Both the position numbers and the translations under genes were made by a program. This document shows positions 10,260 to 19,294 of a stretch of DNA of 64,000 nucleotides, one piece after another (position 1 is the stretch's first letter; each line of letters starts with the position of its first letter). Source of the stretch: Fidelibacterota bacterium (lineage in GTDB: Bacteria; Fidelibacterota; Marinisomatia; SCGC-AAA003-L08; GCA-002704045); the NCBI GenBank assembly GCA_002703375.1, contig NZTO01000049.1:38901-102900 (forward strand), written 5' to 3'. Under the pieces are notes generated by a model, which saw only the letters and a program-made list of their open reading frames with translations, had not been told where the DNA came from and made no database searches.

Positions 10260-11243
10260 ATGCGAGGATTGGTATTTATGGCAATTATTATGTCATCATA
10301 CAGTGATATTGTTGAGAAGCAAGATCTGTACAGCGATTTTATGGATTATTCAGCCAGGTACAACAGAACTTATCAAACGTATAGTCAATACAAAAATGCA
10401 TTTCATAGATTTTCTAAAAATATAGAATATATTAACAACAACAATTTTCCATTTAAATTAGATAGAAATGAGTATATGGATATGTCATTTGACTATTTTC
10501 ATTTGGTCAAGAAAGGATATGTAAAAAAGTTAAGCACTAGCAGTAGCAGCAGCAGTAGTTGTAGTAAATATAAGTATGAAAATAAGGAACTACCCGATTC
10601 TCTGGATTGGAGAGATGTAAATGCGGTAACTCCGGTTAAAAATCAGGGTCAATGTGGAAGTTGTTGGAGTTTTTCCGCAACCGGGGCGATGGAGGGTGCA
10701 TGGGCGATTAAAAACGAGGAGTTAGTGAGTTTGTCAGAGCAACTTTTAATGGATTGTTCTGTAGATTACGGAGACTATTCTTGTAATGGTGGAGAGATGG
10801 AATCGGCGTTTGAATTTGCGATTGATAATGGTATGTGTAGTGAAGAACAAGAGCCTTATCTAGCAAAAGATGAAGATTGTATGTACTGTAATCCGCAGAT
10901 ATATTTTAGTGATTGTGTTAGGGTAACTCCAAAGAATGAAATTCATTTAAAGGAGGCTGTTTCTAGGGGTCCGGTATCTGTAGCGATTCAAGCCGATACT
11001 AAAACATTTCAGTTTTATTCCGGGGGGATAATATCAGGAGATTCATGTGGTACGAATTTGGATCATGGAGTACTAATTGTAGGATACGGGGAAGAAGATG
11101 GGGAGAAATATTGGATAGTTAAAAACAGTTGGGGTGCATCGTGGGGGGAAAATGGTTATGTTAGAATTTCAAGAAGCGATGAAGAAAATACGCATGGTGT
11201 ATGTGGTATTGCGATGCAGCCATCTTATCCGGTGGCTTATTAA
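10260..11243 (+). CDS. papain-family (C1A) cysteine protease, cathepsin-L-like with propeptide
   Basis: Catalytic Cys motif QGQCGSCWSFSATGAMEGAW, His motif LDHGVLIVGYG, Asn/Trp motif WIVKNSWGASWGENGY. An I29-like propeptide lies upstream and a poly-Ser tract sits in the linker. Confidence 0.92.
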   Translation: MRGLVFMAIIMSSYSDIVEKQDLYSDFMDYSARYNRTYQTYSQYKNAFHRFSKNIEYINNNNFPFKLDRNEYMDMSFDYFHLVKKGYVKKLSTSSSSSSSCSKYKYENKELPDSLDWRDVNAVTPVKNQGQCGSCWSFSATGAMEGAWAIKNEELVSLSEQLLMDCSVDYGDYSCNGGEMESAFEFAIDNGMCSEEQEPYLAKDEDCMYCNPQIYFSDCVRVTPKNEIHLKEAVSRGPVSVAIQADTKTFQFYSGGIISGDSCGTNLDHGVLIVGYGEEDGEKYWIVKNSWGASWGENGYVRISRSDEENTHGVCGIAMQPSYPVAY

Positions 11244-11322
11244 GTTTAGTACGTTTTTAAAACCTTCCAATGAAGAGAGATTATATATATAAAGATAATT
11301 AAGATAATTAATGTATTTATAG

Positions 11323-11613
11323 ATGAAGGATGAGGAAATAATAGGAATAATAGGATTATTAGGTTCGTTGGGTGTAGGTGCGAGTTTATTTCCACAGACA
11401 TGTAAAATATGGGAGAGCAATGATGTAGGTTCAATCTCTCCGTCATTTATAATAATAACTACATCATCTTCAGTTTTAATGCTTATATATGCTACTTATT
11501 TTTTGGTATATCCTATGATAATAGCAAATTTATCTGTGTTTGGAAATTGTTGTATTCTTTTATTTTTTTATTGTAGGACAAAAACAGGTTGTAGAACAAT
11601 GATGTGGGCATAA
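11323..11613 (+). CDS. single PQ-loop / SemiSWEET-like 3-TM membrane protein
   Basis: 96 aa with three hydrophobic helices. It has the PQ motif in helix 1 (SLFPQTCKIW), then GSISPSF, LMLIYATY and PMIIANLS, collinear with bacterial SemiSWEETs. Confidence 0.65.
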   Translation: MKDEEIIGIIGLLGSLGVGASLFPQTCKIWESNDVGSISPSFIIITTSSSVLMLIYATYFLVYPMIIANLSVFGNCCILLFFYCRTKTGCRTMMWA

Positions 11614-11617
11614 TATA

Positions 11618-11638
11618 TAATTATTAATTTAATAATTA
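11618..11638. terminator. 10-bp-arm AT palindrome between convergent genes
   Basis: taattattaa-t-ttaataatta lies between the stop of ORF 11323..11613 (+) and the stop of the capsid gene (-). Confidence 0.35.
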
Positions 11639-11679
11639 ATAATTATTTAAAAATTAAAAATATAAATAAGATAATAAAT

Positions 11680-13251
11680 TTAGTTGGAGTAAGCAAGACC
11701 ACCCATACCACTCATGATGCGAAGCACATTGTAGTTGACGGCGTAGATTCTTACCTTGGCGGTCATAGTGCCCTCAACGGTGGCGTTCGAGAGAACGAGT
11801 TGAAGAGTGGCGTTGTCAATGCGCGAGAAATTGCAGGTGCCCGAAGGTTGGTGCTCTTCAGGGCGGAGAGCGAACGAGTAGAGATTGACGCCGGTGTCGG
11901 GGGTGCGGGTGTGGTGTTGGAATGGTTGCACGAGGTCGAAGTAGGTACCTTCACGCTCAGAGAAGCGGTCTTGACCGTTAAGTTGGAGTTTAGCGGTAAC
12001 AACAGGATTTTGGCCCCAGCAGTGCATGTTGAGAGCAGTTTCGGCGAGAACGAAGGTGCCAGCGTCCGATACAAGGGAGCCTTGCGCGGCTCCACCACCG
12101 TCATGAAGACCGGAGGTGGCCCAGCCCTCTGTGGAGCCGGCAGGCGCGTCAGCACCGGCGTTGTCAAAGAGGCCAGAGCCGTGTATCATTGTATCGAGAG
12201 AGTCACTGTTACCGAAGGCGTGGAAAGCATTAGGAAGAGCATCGTAGGCGTCGGTGTAGTTGAATGGTTGGGCGCCTAGAAGTTTGAAAAGAGGAGTTCC
12301 TGCGTCGAGAGACGAGCAGTAGTCAACGTTTTGGTCGGGTTGTACAACCCAGACGAGTTCCTTACAAGGGTGGTTGAAGTTGAGCTTGATCTTGTTCGAG
12401 GAAGAACCAACCGACTCATCACCAGTGAATTGAAGTTGTTCGATGAGGTATTCATGGGGATTTTGAGCCATGCGACGTCTCTCGTCGGTGTCAAGGAAAA
12501 TGTAGTCTACGTATAGCGAAGCGGCGACAAGAGATTGCGAGTAGGCCGCGGTCGCCTTGGGGGTGCCGCTGGTCGAGGCGATGTCAGAGACAGCCCAAAG
12601 GCACTCATCAATAGGGCGGAGGTCAATGTTAATTTTTACCTCGTGGTATTGGAGAGCGATGAGGGGTAGCGCAAGACCAGGGTTTCTGCAGTACCAGAAT
12701 TGAAGGGGAACGTAAAGAGTGGTCTCAGGAAGAGCTTTGCGAGGAGCGCAGGTTTGGCGAGGCGCGTCCGAAGAGCAAGGGGTGTCAACCTCAGCAAAGG
12801 TGGGGTCGGTGATGTAGGTTAGCGAAGTGGTTTGTCCAACCATGTTGTGGTAGCCAACTTCTTGTTCCTTAGATTGAGTTAGAGTGTTCCAGATGTGCAT
12901 CCAGTCACCGTATTGACGGTCAATGCGTTGACCACCAATCTCAATCTCAACTTGCGAAACTAGCTGATGTCCAGGGAAATCAAGCCATCGAGCATAGTAG
13001 GCATGGTCTTGGCCAATTTCTGGTAGAGTTAGTTGCAGGTAAGTTCTGTAGGCAAGATCACCATTTCTTGAGATGGTGCAAGTCACCCGGCGACCGAAAT
13101 CAGCTTGGCCGTTGAAAGTTTGTTCGATTGCTTCCATAGCAAAGTTAGTGTGGCGTCTGTAGGTAACTTTCCAGAATGTAATTTGTGGATTGCTCGTTAG
13201 ATATACGTCTTGAGCTCCGTAAGCGACGAGTTGCATAAGTCCTCCTCCCAT
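11680..13251 (-). CDS. mcp: NCLDV major capsid protein
   Basis: N-terminus MGGGLMQLVAYGAQDVYLTSNPQITFWKVTYRRHTNFAMEAIEQTFNG and later blocks (LPLIALQYHEVKI, EYLIEQLQF, NFSRIDNATL) are typical of Mimiviridae/Phycodnaviridae capsid proteins. The 523 aa are uninterrupted. Confidence 0.95.
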   Translation of the reverse strand: MGGGLMQLVAYGAQDVYLTSNPQITFWKVTYRRHTNFAMEAIEQTFNGQADFGRRVTCTISRNGDLAYRTYLQLTLPEIGQDHAYYARWLDFPGHQLVSQVEIEIGGQRIDRQYGDWMHIWNTLTQSKEQEVGYHNMVGQTTSLTYITDPTFAEVDTPCSSDAPRQTCAPRKALPETTLYVPLQFWYCRNPGLALPLIALQYHEVKINIDLRPIDECLWAVSDIASTSGTPKATAAYSQSLVAASLYVDYIFLDTDERRRMAQNPHEYLIEQLQFTGDESVGSSSNKIKLNFNHPCKELVWVVQPDQNVDYCSSLDAGTPLFKLLGAQPFNYTDAYDALPNAFHAFGNSDSLDTMIHGSGLFDNAGADAPAGSTEGWATSGLHDGGGAAQGSLVSDAGTFVLAETALNMHCWGQNPVVTAKLQLNGQDRFSEREGTYFDLVQPFQHHTRTPDTGVNLYSFALRPEEHQPSGTCNFSRIDNATLQLVLSNATVEGTMTAKVRIYAVNYNVLRIMSGMGGLAYSN

Positions 13252-13306
13252 GATTATAATATTGCTAAAGAAAAAAAAATAAAGTTTTTATTTTAATTAT
13301 TTATAT

Positions 13307-13540
13307 TTAATTTAATATAGAATTAATATCAATATTTTCCTTCATAAACCGTTTCAAATAATCGTCTGCAAGTATCTCTTTTTTACCTTCATGATTTTTC
13401 TTAAAAATATAATTTTTATCTTTTTTCGATATGGACCAACCGTTTTCCAGTGCATTATAGATAAAAATCATTTTTTTAAAATTAACATGATTAATGTTTT
13501 CCATATCTAATTTATTTAAATTTATATTTATCGTATCCAT
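13307..13540 (-). CDS. hypothetical small protein (77 aa)
   Basis: Compact ORF immediately upstream of the capsid gene on the same strand. No motif. Confidence 0.45.
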   Translation of the reverse strand: MDTININLNKLDMENINHVNFKKMIFIYNALENGWSISKKDKNYIFKKNHEGKKEILADDYLKRFMKENIDINSILN

Positions 13541-13626
13541 TAATTGATTATTAGAAAAAGTAAATGAAAATTATTCTTAATTTATTAGAAATATATAAAT
13601 ATAAAAAAAAAAAAGAACTATAACAT

Positions 13627-14760
13627 ATGCCTAGTTTTAAACCAAAGACAAATAAAAAGATAAATGTTAAAGAAAAGGATACAATAACATTGGATACAAA
13701 ACACCAAGAAATCACGGAAAAATTTAAAGTAGAAAATGAAGTAGATATACCTAAACTTAAAAAAAAAATAAGATTTTTAAATAAAAAATATACAGAGAAT
13801 AATTTATCATTAGAACATAAACTTGATATTAAAGATGAAATAATCAGAATTAAAAATCAGATAAAAGATATTAAAAAGAATCAAAAGCAGTATTATTTAA
13901 AGAATTCTACTTACATTTTTAATTATTTTGAAGATAAAAAGGATATTGAAAATGGAAATACAAACACTAAAATCCTTAATTCATTTTTCAAAATAGATGA
14001 TAAAAATTCGAAAAATACAGAAGAGTTAGACCGAAATAGTAATCTATACAATTATTTAAAAAATATAGATGATAGTTTTATTAGTGTAAATAATTTTATT
14101 TTAAATACTGATATATGTAAAAGTTGTAATAAAGGAGAACTTATTCCAGTCGATCATGAGGGAATAATTGTATGTAATAATATAAAATGTGGCAAACAGT
14201 TTCCATATCTTATAGAAAATGAGAAACCATCTTATAAAGAACCTCCTAAAGAAGTATGTTTTTATGCATATAAAAGAATAAATCATTTTAGAGAGATTTT
14301 GGCGCAATTCCAAGCAAAAGAGTCTACACAAATTCCAGAAAATGTAATTCAAGATATTATTCTTCAAATGAAAAAAGAGAGAATAAACCTAGAAGCACTC
14401 AATAATAAAAGGGCTAAAGATATACTTAAAAAACTAGGATATAGCAAATATTACGAACATATTCCTTTTATTAAAGAAAAATTAGGAATTAGACCACCTA
14501 TTATGAGTCCTGAATTGGAAGATAAATTGTGTAATTTATTTATGGAAATCCAAGCACCCTATGCAAAATATTGTCCAGATGGAAGAGTTAATTTTTTAAA
14601 TTACTATTATACTATTTCTAAATTATGTGAGTTATTAGATGAAAGAGATTTTTTACCTTATTTTCCTGTATTAAAAGACCGAGAAAAAAGAATAGAACAA
14701 GATGATATTTGGAAAAAAATTTGTAAAGAACTAAATTGGAAATTTATACCAACGCTTTAA
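13627..14760 (+). CDS. VLTF3-like late transcription factor
   Basis: Zinc-ribbon CKSCNKGELIPVDHEGIIVCNNIKCGKQF followed by YAYKRINHFREILAQFQAKESTQIPENVIQDI, the conserved NCLDV VLTF3 core. Confidence 0.85.
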   Translation: MPSFKPKTNKKINVKEKDTITLDTKHQEITEKFKVENEVDIPKLKKKIRFLNKKYTENNLSLEHKLDIKDEIIRIKNQIKDIKKNQKQYYLKNSTYIFNYFEDKKDIENGNTNTKILNSFFKIDDKNSKNTEELDRNSNLYNYLKNIDDSFISVNNFILNTDICKSCNKGELIPVDHEGIIVCNNIKCGKQFPYLIENEKPSYKEPPKEVCFYAYKRINHFREILAQFQAKESTQIPENVIQDIILQMKKERINLEALNNKRAKDILKKLGYSKYYEHIPFIKEKLGIRPPIMSPELEDKLCNLFMEIQAPYAKYCPDGRVNFLNYYYTISKLCELLDERDFLPYFPVLKDREKRIEQDDIWKKICKELNWKFIPTL

Positions 14761-14805
14761 TGAAATAATAATTAACATATTCTATTAATTATGATTTTTT
14801 AGTTT

Positions 14806-15054
14806 TTATCGCGGAAATCCAACAAGATTGGCACCGATACCAAATCCTGCGCCCGAACGAGCAGAAGCCGCCATAGATGGAACGTAGGTGTCAAGAATAG
14901 AAAATGTGGCCGCAGCAGTAAGAGCAATTAATGCAACCTCTTCGAGTTTAAGTTTTTGTTTGGGTATTACAGAGGCAACTATACCAACCATAACACCTTC
15001 AACAAGGTATTTGATGGCTCTTTTAACTAATTCACCGAGATCCAATTGATTCAT
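14806..15054 (-). CDS. small Ala/Gly-rich membrane protein (82 aa)
   Basis: ORF track gives 14806..15132. I use the ATG at 15054 (MNQLDLGELV...), which avoids overlap with the divergent 15120 gene. One or two hydrophobic helices and locally elevated G+C. Confidence 0.5.
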   Translation of the reverse strand: MNQLDLGELVKRAIKYLVEGVMVGIVASVIPKQKLKLEEVALIALTAAATFSILDTYVPSMAASARSGAGFGIGANLVGFPR

Positions 15055-15119
15055 TATAATATTTGTAAAGATAAAATATTTTTGAAAAGTATTTAAATTT
15101 AATTTAATACATAGTATTA

Positions 15120-16055
15120 ATGGAAAAAACAACTCCTAAATTAGTGGATTTATTAGAAGAAGATAATCCTCTACCCGGACAAAAATTTGTCTGTGTTTCC
15201 TTTGTTTCTCCAGAAAAAATTTTGAAGGATAAATCGTTATATTTTTTTGAAAAGTTCCTAAAGAACTGGGATTTTAGAAAATCACTTGAAAAATATAATC
15301 AGTTTACAAATTTTTTAGCATATAAATATAATTTATCATCGGAAGATGTGCAGAATGATTTAAAAGAATTTGTTAAAGAAGAACAAGAAAATTTATTAAA
15401 TGATACCATAGAAGATGAATACAAGAATTTTATCGACCTTCATGAAGAAAAAATGGAAAACGACTTTAATGCAGAAAATGATTTTAAAACCAATGTTCGC
15501 GGAGTCAAGGTTCGTGGTGTATTTGAAACTCAAAAAGAGGCAGAAATAAGATGTAAACTATTACAACAACTTGACCCTAATCATGATGTTTACGTTGGAC
15601 CTGTAGGATTATGGATGCCCTGGGAGCCAGATGCCTATAAAACTGGTCGTGTGGAACATATTGAGGACGAATTAAATCGTTTAATGCATGAAAAAGACAA
15701 AAATGAAAAAAATGCTAAAATGCATTTCGAGAAACGAGTAAAAAATGCTAAAAAAAATGCTATTGAAGAAAACAAAAAAATTGCTCTAGAAAATAACAAT
15801 AAATTAACTCAAAATATTGACGAGCATGGAAATCTTTTCAGCGTAAATCAAGGAAAAGATAATGAAGTCCCATTACATGATGTCCGGAAAGAATTATTTG
15901 ATGAAAGTAATATAAACCGCGATAGATTATTATGTGACCCTAATCATCCCAGTTTATTAGAAAGATCAAAAAGCATGCCTCTTCCTAGTACCCCCGAAGA
16001 AGAAAATGAAAAATCAAGTTCCATTGATGTAGATGCTAGTAAGAAGGTTGATTAA
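15120..16055 (+). CDS. conserved hypothetical protein (311 aa)
   Basis: Long ORF. The block GVKVRGVFETQKEAEIRCKLLQQLDPNHDVYVGPVGLWMPWEPD looks like a conserved giant-virus domain of unknown function (recall only). Confidence 0.6.
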   Translation: MEKTTPKLVDLLEEDNPLPGQKFVCVSFVSPEKILKDKSLYFFEKFLKNWDFRKSLEKYNQFTNFLAYKYNLSSEDVQNDLKEFVKEEQENLLNDTIEDEYKNFIDLHEEKMENDFNAENDFKTNVRGVKVRGVFETQKEAEIRCKLLQQLDPNHDVYVGPVGLWMPWEPDAYKTGRVEHIEDELNRLMHEKDKNEKNAKMHFEKRVKNAKKNAIEENKKIALENNNKLTQNIDEHGNLFSVNQGKDNEVPLHDVRKELFDESNINRDRLLCDPNHPSLLERSKSMPLPSTPEEENEKSSSIDVDASKKVD

Positions 16056-16102
16056 CTTATTAGTTGATAATTACTTATATATTTTGTTGATATTTATTGA
16101 CA

Positions 16103-16123
16103 ATATATATATATATATATATA
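16103..16123. repeat. (AT)10 microsatellite
   Basis: Read directly. It lies in the largest spacer (16056..16285). Confidence 0.9.
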
Positions 16124-16285
16124 AATATGAAATCATTTGAAATAAATAATGGTATGGATCATAAACTATTTATAAAATATATTTAGATAAATCAAGTGCT
16201 AGAAAAAGAGCCACTAAAAACAGTGGCCGGCATAGACGTTCTAATAAAAAATTATAGTATTAGAATTACACAATTAATAAGTTAT

Positions 16286-17128
16286 TTACCACCTGGATTT
16301 TTTAACATTAATTCTTGGCCCTGCTGATTTTTTTCTATTACTATTTGGATCATACATTTCATCTTCCTCATCCGAGTTGAGATCCTTAGATAGTTCCCAA
16401 AATTCCTTTGACCCTAACTTGAAATCACCATGTGGTTCCGCACGATACCAGAATATTTGGTCTCTTAATGAATTGCTCTTCGCATTATTATGAATAACAA
16501 GACACTCATAATTTTCTGTGCATTGATCCATAACCTGGCAGAAAGACTCAAATGTCGGAAACATTCCCGCATAGTTCTCATAGATTCTTTTACGATTTGC
16601 TATATATGGCTCCCTTAAAATAAACACATAATCAATATTTGTTCTTAAATTTGGAGGGATGCCAAGCGGGTATTGCATCGTGATTATCAACATAACTTTC
16701 CAATGACGACCGTTCATAAACAATAGACGCATCATTTTATCTTTTGTCCAACCCGCATCATATAAACAATCGTCCAAAATAACAAATGTCCGTCCATCTA
16801 TATTTGATTTTTTATATGTTTCAACTTCCCTTTTTATTTGCTTTATTACCTGTTTTTGCCTCTTTAAAATGTTCTCCACAATCGCGCTGTTATATTCATC
16901 GTGAATAAAAAGTTTTGGTACATGTTTTGAATAAAAGCCATTTCCCGCTTCCGTGCCCGATATAACAGTCCCTATAGGAATATCCTGCTGATAATATAAA
17001 ATATCTCTTACCAGATAAGATTTTCCAGTATCGCGACGACCTATTAATACGATAACTGGACCACTACTATCTTTATTCGCTTCAAATTTTATACTTTTCA
17101 TATCAAATTTTTTTAATTCAAGGGTCAT
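16286..17128 (-). CDS. A32-like virion DNA-packaging ATPase
   Basis: Walker A LIGRRDTGKSYLV and Walker B TFVILDDCLYD, with the size and downstream conservation typical of NCLDV A32/FtsK-HerA packaging ATPases. Start trimmed to MTLELKKF (ATG 17128). Confidence 0.85.
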   Translation of the reverse strand: MTLELKKFDMKSIKFEANKDSSGPVIVLIGRRDTGKSYLVRDILYYQQDIPIGTVISGTEAGNGFYSKHVPKLFIHDEYNSAIVENILKRQKQVIKQIKREVETYKKSNIDGRTFVILDDCLYDAGWTKDKMMRLLFMNGRHWKVMLIITMQYPLGIPPNLRTNIDYVFILREPYIANRKRIYENYAGMFPTFESFCQVMDQCTENYECLVIHNNAKSNSLRDQIFWYRAEPHGDFKLGSKEFWELSKDLNSDEEDEMYDPNSNRKKSAGPRINVKKSRW

Positions 17129-17211
17129 AATATAAAGAAAAAATATAAAATACATAATTTAAATACGCATAATTAGTTTAAAAATAGTTAAATTAATATA
17201 TTTAAAAACCA

Positions 17212-18957
17212 ATGACTAAATTGTTAAATTATCAATATACAGAGTCTACTTTAGAGAATATAGAAGCGCTGAACATAAAAAATATGCAAAAATACAATCC
17301 AATCTATAAACAATTTTTTAAATTATGTGAAAATAATTATAATAAAATAACATTAAATCAACACTATACTTTGTCACATATTTTAGAAAAAAAATCATTT
17401 TCAAGATATTTATGTAAAGTTACCAAAAATAATGAATTTCTAGAAAAAGAAACATTTGTAAAATTCGCTCCAATTTTAGACCCTATCAAATACATGGTTG
17501 GGAAATATGATAATAAAGATAAAAACCTATTTATTCTACCAACACTATTAGATGATACTTCTAAATATGAAAAAATGTGTGATTACAATAATTGTGCATA
17601 CACCGATGGATTTTTTTCCTTTCTTGCAAGCAAATTGTTACATGAATATAAGTTTTTAAATGCCGTTGATTTTTATGGTTCATATCTAGCCAATCATAAT
17701 AATATGATGATAAATATTTATGACGATATTGAGTTTTTAAATGATTCAGATGATTTTCATAAAAATAAAAAGATTTACTTTGATGTAGACGATTGTTTTT
17801 ATGATGAAGTTTCAAACTATGATTCGAATCATAACAAAAAAAAAATAAATATTTCATCCGGAAAAAATATGGATGAAATCGAGGACATCAAAGATATCGA
17901 AGACATCAGTGCCATTGAAGCCATCGAATATCCTGTAAATGTTGAAATCGAAAATATAGTAGAAACAAGTGGAAAAGATACTTCTTATATAAATTTATCG
18001 GATCTTAGTGATTTAAGTTACAATTTCCTTGATATATCTTTAAATAATTCTAAGGAAGAAAGTGAGTGTTCTTCTATAACATGTTCATCTAGGTCATCAC
18101 ACACAGAAAATAGCAAGGAAAATGAAGAAGAAGAAGAAAAAGAAAGCGATGATTCTTGTGAAGAAAGTGATTGTGAAAGCGAAGAAGAAAAAGAAATATT
18201 TTCTTACATAAAAAATTTTCCGGTAAACGTTATATTTCTAGAGAAATGTAACCAAACCCTTGACTCCTATATGTTAAAAAATGATATGGAAGAACAGGAA
18301 TGGGAAAGTATACTTCTACAAATTATATTCACGTTAATTACCTACCAAAAAGTATTTGATTTTACACATAATGACTTACATACAAATAACATTATGTATG
18401 CTGAAACCGACAAACAATTTATATACTACACTTATAATTCTAAAACATACAAAATACCTACATATGGAAAATTGTGGAAAATTATAGATTTTGGAAGGGC
18501 AATTTTCAAATTTAATGGAAAATTGCTTGTTAGTGATAGTTTTTCAATAAAAGGTGATGCTGCAACACAATATAACTTTGGACCATATTATAATAGCAAA
18601 AAACAAAAGGTAGAACCCAATAAAAGTTTCGATTTATGTAGATTAGGCTGTTCTTTATTCGATTATTTTATAGACAATATTAAAAATATCAAAGACCGAA
18701 GCGACTGTGACAACTTACAGTGCCTGATATTAGAATGGTGCGAAGATGATAATAATAAAAATGTACTATATAAAAATAACGGAGAAGAGAGATATCCGGA
18801 ATTTAAATTATATAAAATGATATCCAGAACCGTTCATAAACACACACCAGAACGTCAATTAGATCGTATATTGTTTGATGAATATCGCGTATCAAAGAAA
18901 AAACTCAACAAAAAAGTCAAAATCATGAACATTGATGAAATTCCTTGTTTTGTTTAA
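17212..18957 (+). CDS. protein-kinase-like protein with acidic insert
   Basis: Catalytic-loop-like HNDLHTNNIMY and DFG motif IIDFGRA. I saw no clear Gly-rich loop. There is a central Glu/Ser/Asp-rich tract. Confidence 0.55.
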   Translation: MTKLLNYQYTESTLENIEALNIKNMQKYNPIYKQFFKLCENNYNKITLNQHYTLSHILEKKSFSRYLCKVTKNNEFLEKETFVKFAPILDPIKYMVGKYDNKDKNLFILPTLLDDTSKYEKMCDYNNCAYTDGFFSFLASKLLHEYKFLNAVDFYGSYLANHNNMMINIYDDIEFLNDSDDFHKNKKIYFDVDDCFYDEVSNYDSNHNKKKINISSGKNMDEIEDIKDIEDISAIEAIEYPVNVEIENIVETSGKDTSYINLSDLSDLSYNFLDISLNNSKEESECSSITCSSRSSHTENSKENEEEEEKESDDSCEESDCESEEEKEIFSYIKNFPVNVIFLEKCNQTLDSYMLKNDMEEQEWESILLQIIFTLITYQKVFDFTHNDLHTNNIMYAETDKQFIYYTYNSKTYKIPTYGKLWKIIDFGRAIFKFNGKLLVSDSFSIKGDAATQYNFGPYYNSKKQKVEPNKSFDLCRLGCSLFDYFIDNIKNIKDRSDCDNLQCLILEWCEDDNNKNVLYKNNGEERYPEFKLYKMISRTVHKHTPERQLDRILFDEYRVSKKKLNKKVKIMNIDEIPCFV

Positions 18958-18985
18958 ATATATAATAGTACTTGTAATTATATAT

Positions 18986-19276
18986 TTAAAAATCCGGCTC
19001 GTTGGTAAAGGCGTTTGGAATACCACTACCAACCTCTCCAACAGAATCGCCAAACATCGAAGATATTGAAGAAATATCACCCATTTGTGAAAGTACAAAC
19101 TGTGCTCCAGAGGCCGCGAATAAAACATATATACTTTCATTCGCCAAATTTTTGAAATTGATTTCCTCCTTTTTAATTAATTTACTTTCAAATATTTTTA
19201 TCGCTAAAAATACTAAAGAAATCAAAACACTACTCACTAAAAGTTCCTTCATTATTTTATTATCAATATAATACAT
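18986..19276 (-). CDS. small membrane protein (96 aa or shorter)
   Basis: It has an N-terminal TM helix (LLVSSVLISLVFLAI). I prefer it over the overlapping plus-strand ORF 19002..19271 because the whole surrounding block is minus-strand. Confidence 0.4.
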   Translation of the reverse strand: MYYIDNKIMKELLVSSVLISLVFLAIKIFESKLIKKEEINFKNLANESIYVLFAASGAQFVLSQMGDISSISSMFGDSVGEVGSGIPNAFTNEPDF

Positions 19277-19294
19277 TAATTTGTTTTTAACGAA

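Noticed and set aside
11763-12516. Four ORFs of 61-159 aa in other frames or on the opposite strand within the capsid gene (11763..12167 -, 11800..12279 +, 12276..12494 -, 12331..12516 +).
   Set aside because: They lie entirely inside the unmistakable major capsid ORF. The local G+C richness removes AT-rich stop codons in all frames. Their peptides are low-complexity (Pro/Arg/Ala/Thr-rich).
11680-13251. Possibility that the GC-rich capsid island is a chimeric assembly or contaminant.
   Set aside because: The ORF boundaries coincide exactly with the compositional switch. The flanks are continuous viral sequence with normal spacers, and the protein is a typical Mimiviridae-type capsid protein. 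An assembly artefact is unlikely, though read-level confirmation is still advisable.
16056-16285. The largest spacer (230 nt) as a possible ncRNA, tRNA or small gene. It has a 6-bp hairpin gccact-aaaaac-agtggc at 16210..16227 and a 19-codon ORF.
   Set aside because: There is no cloverleaf-compatible structure, the stem is too short to be meaningful, and the mini-ORF has no support. It is probably just convergent 3-prime UTRs plus an (AT)10 microsatellite.
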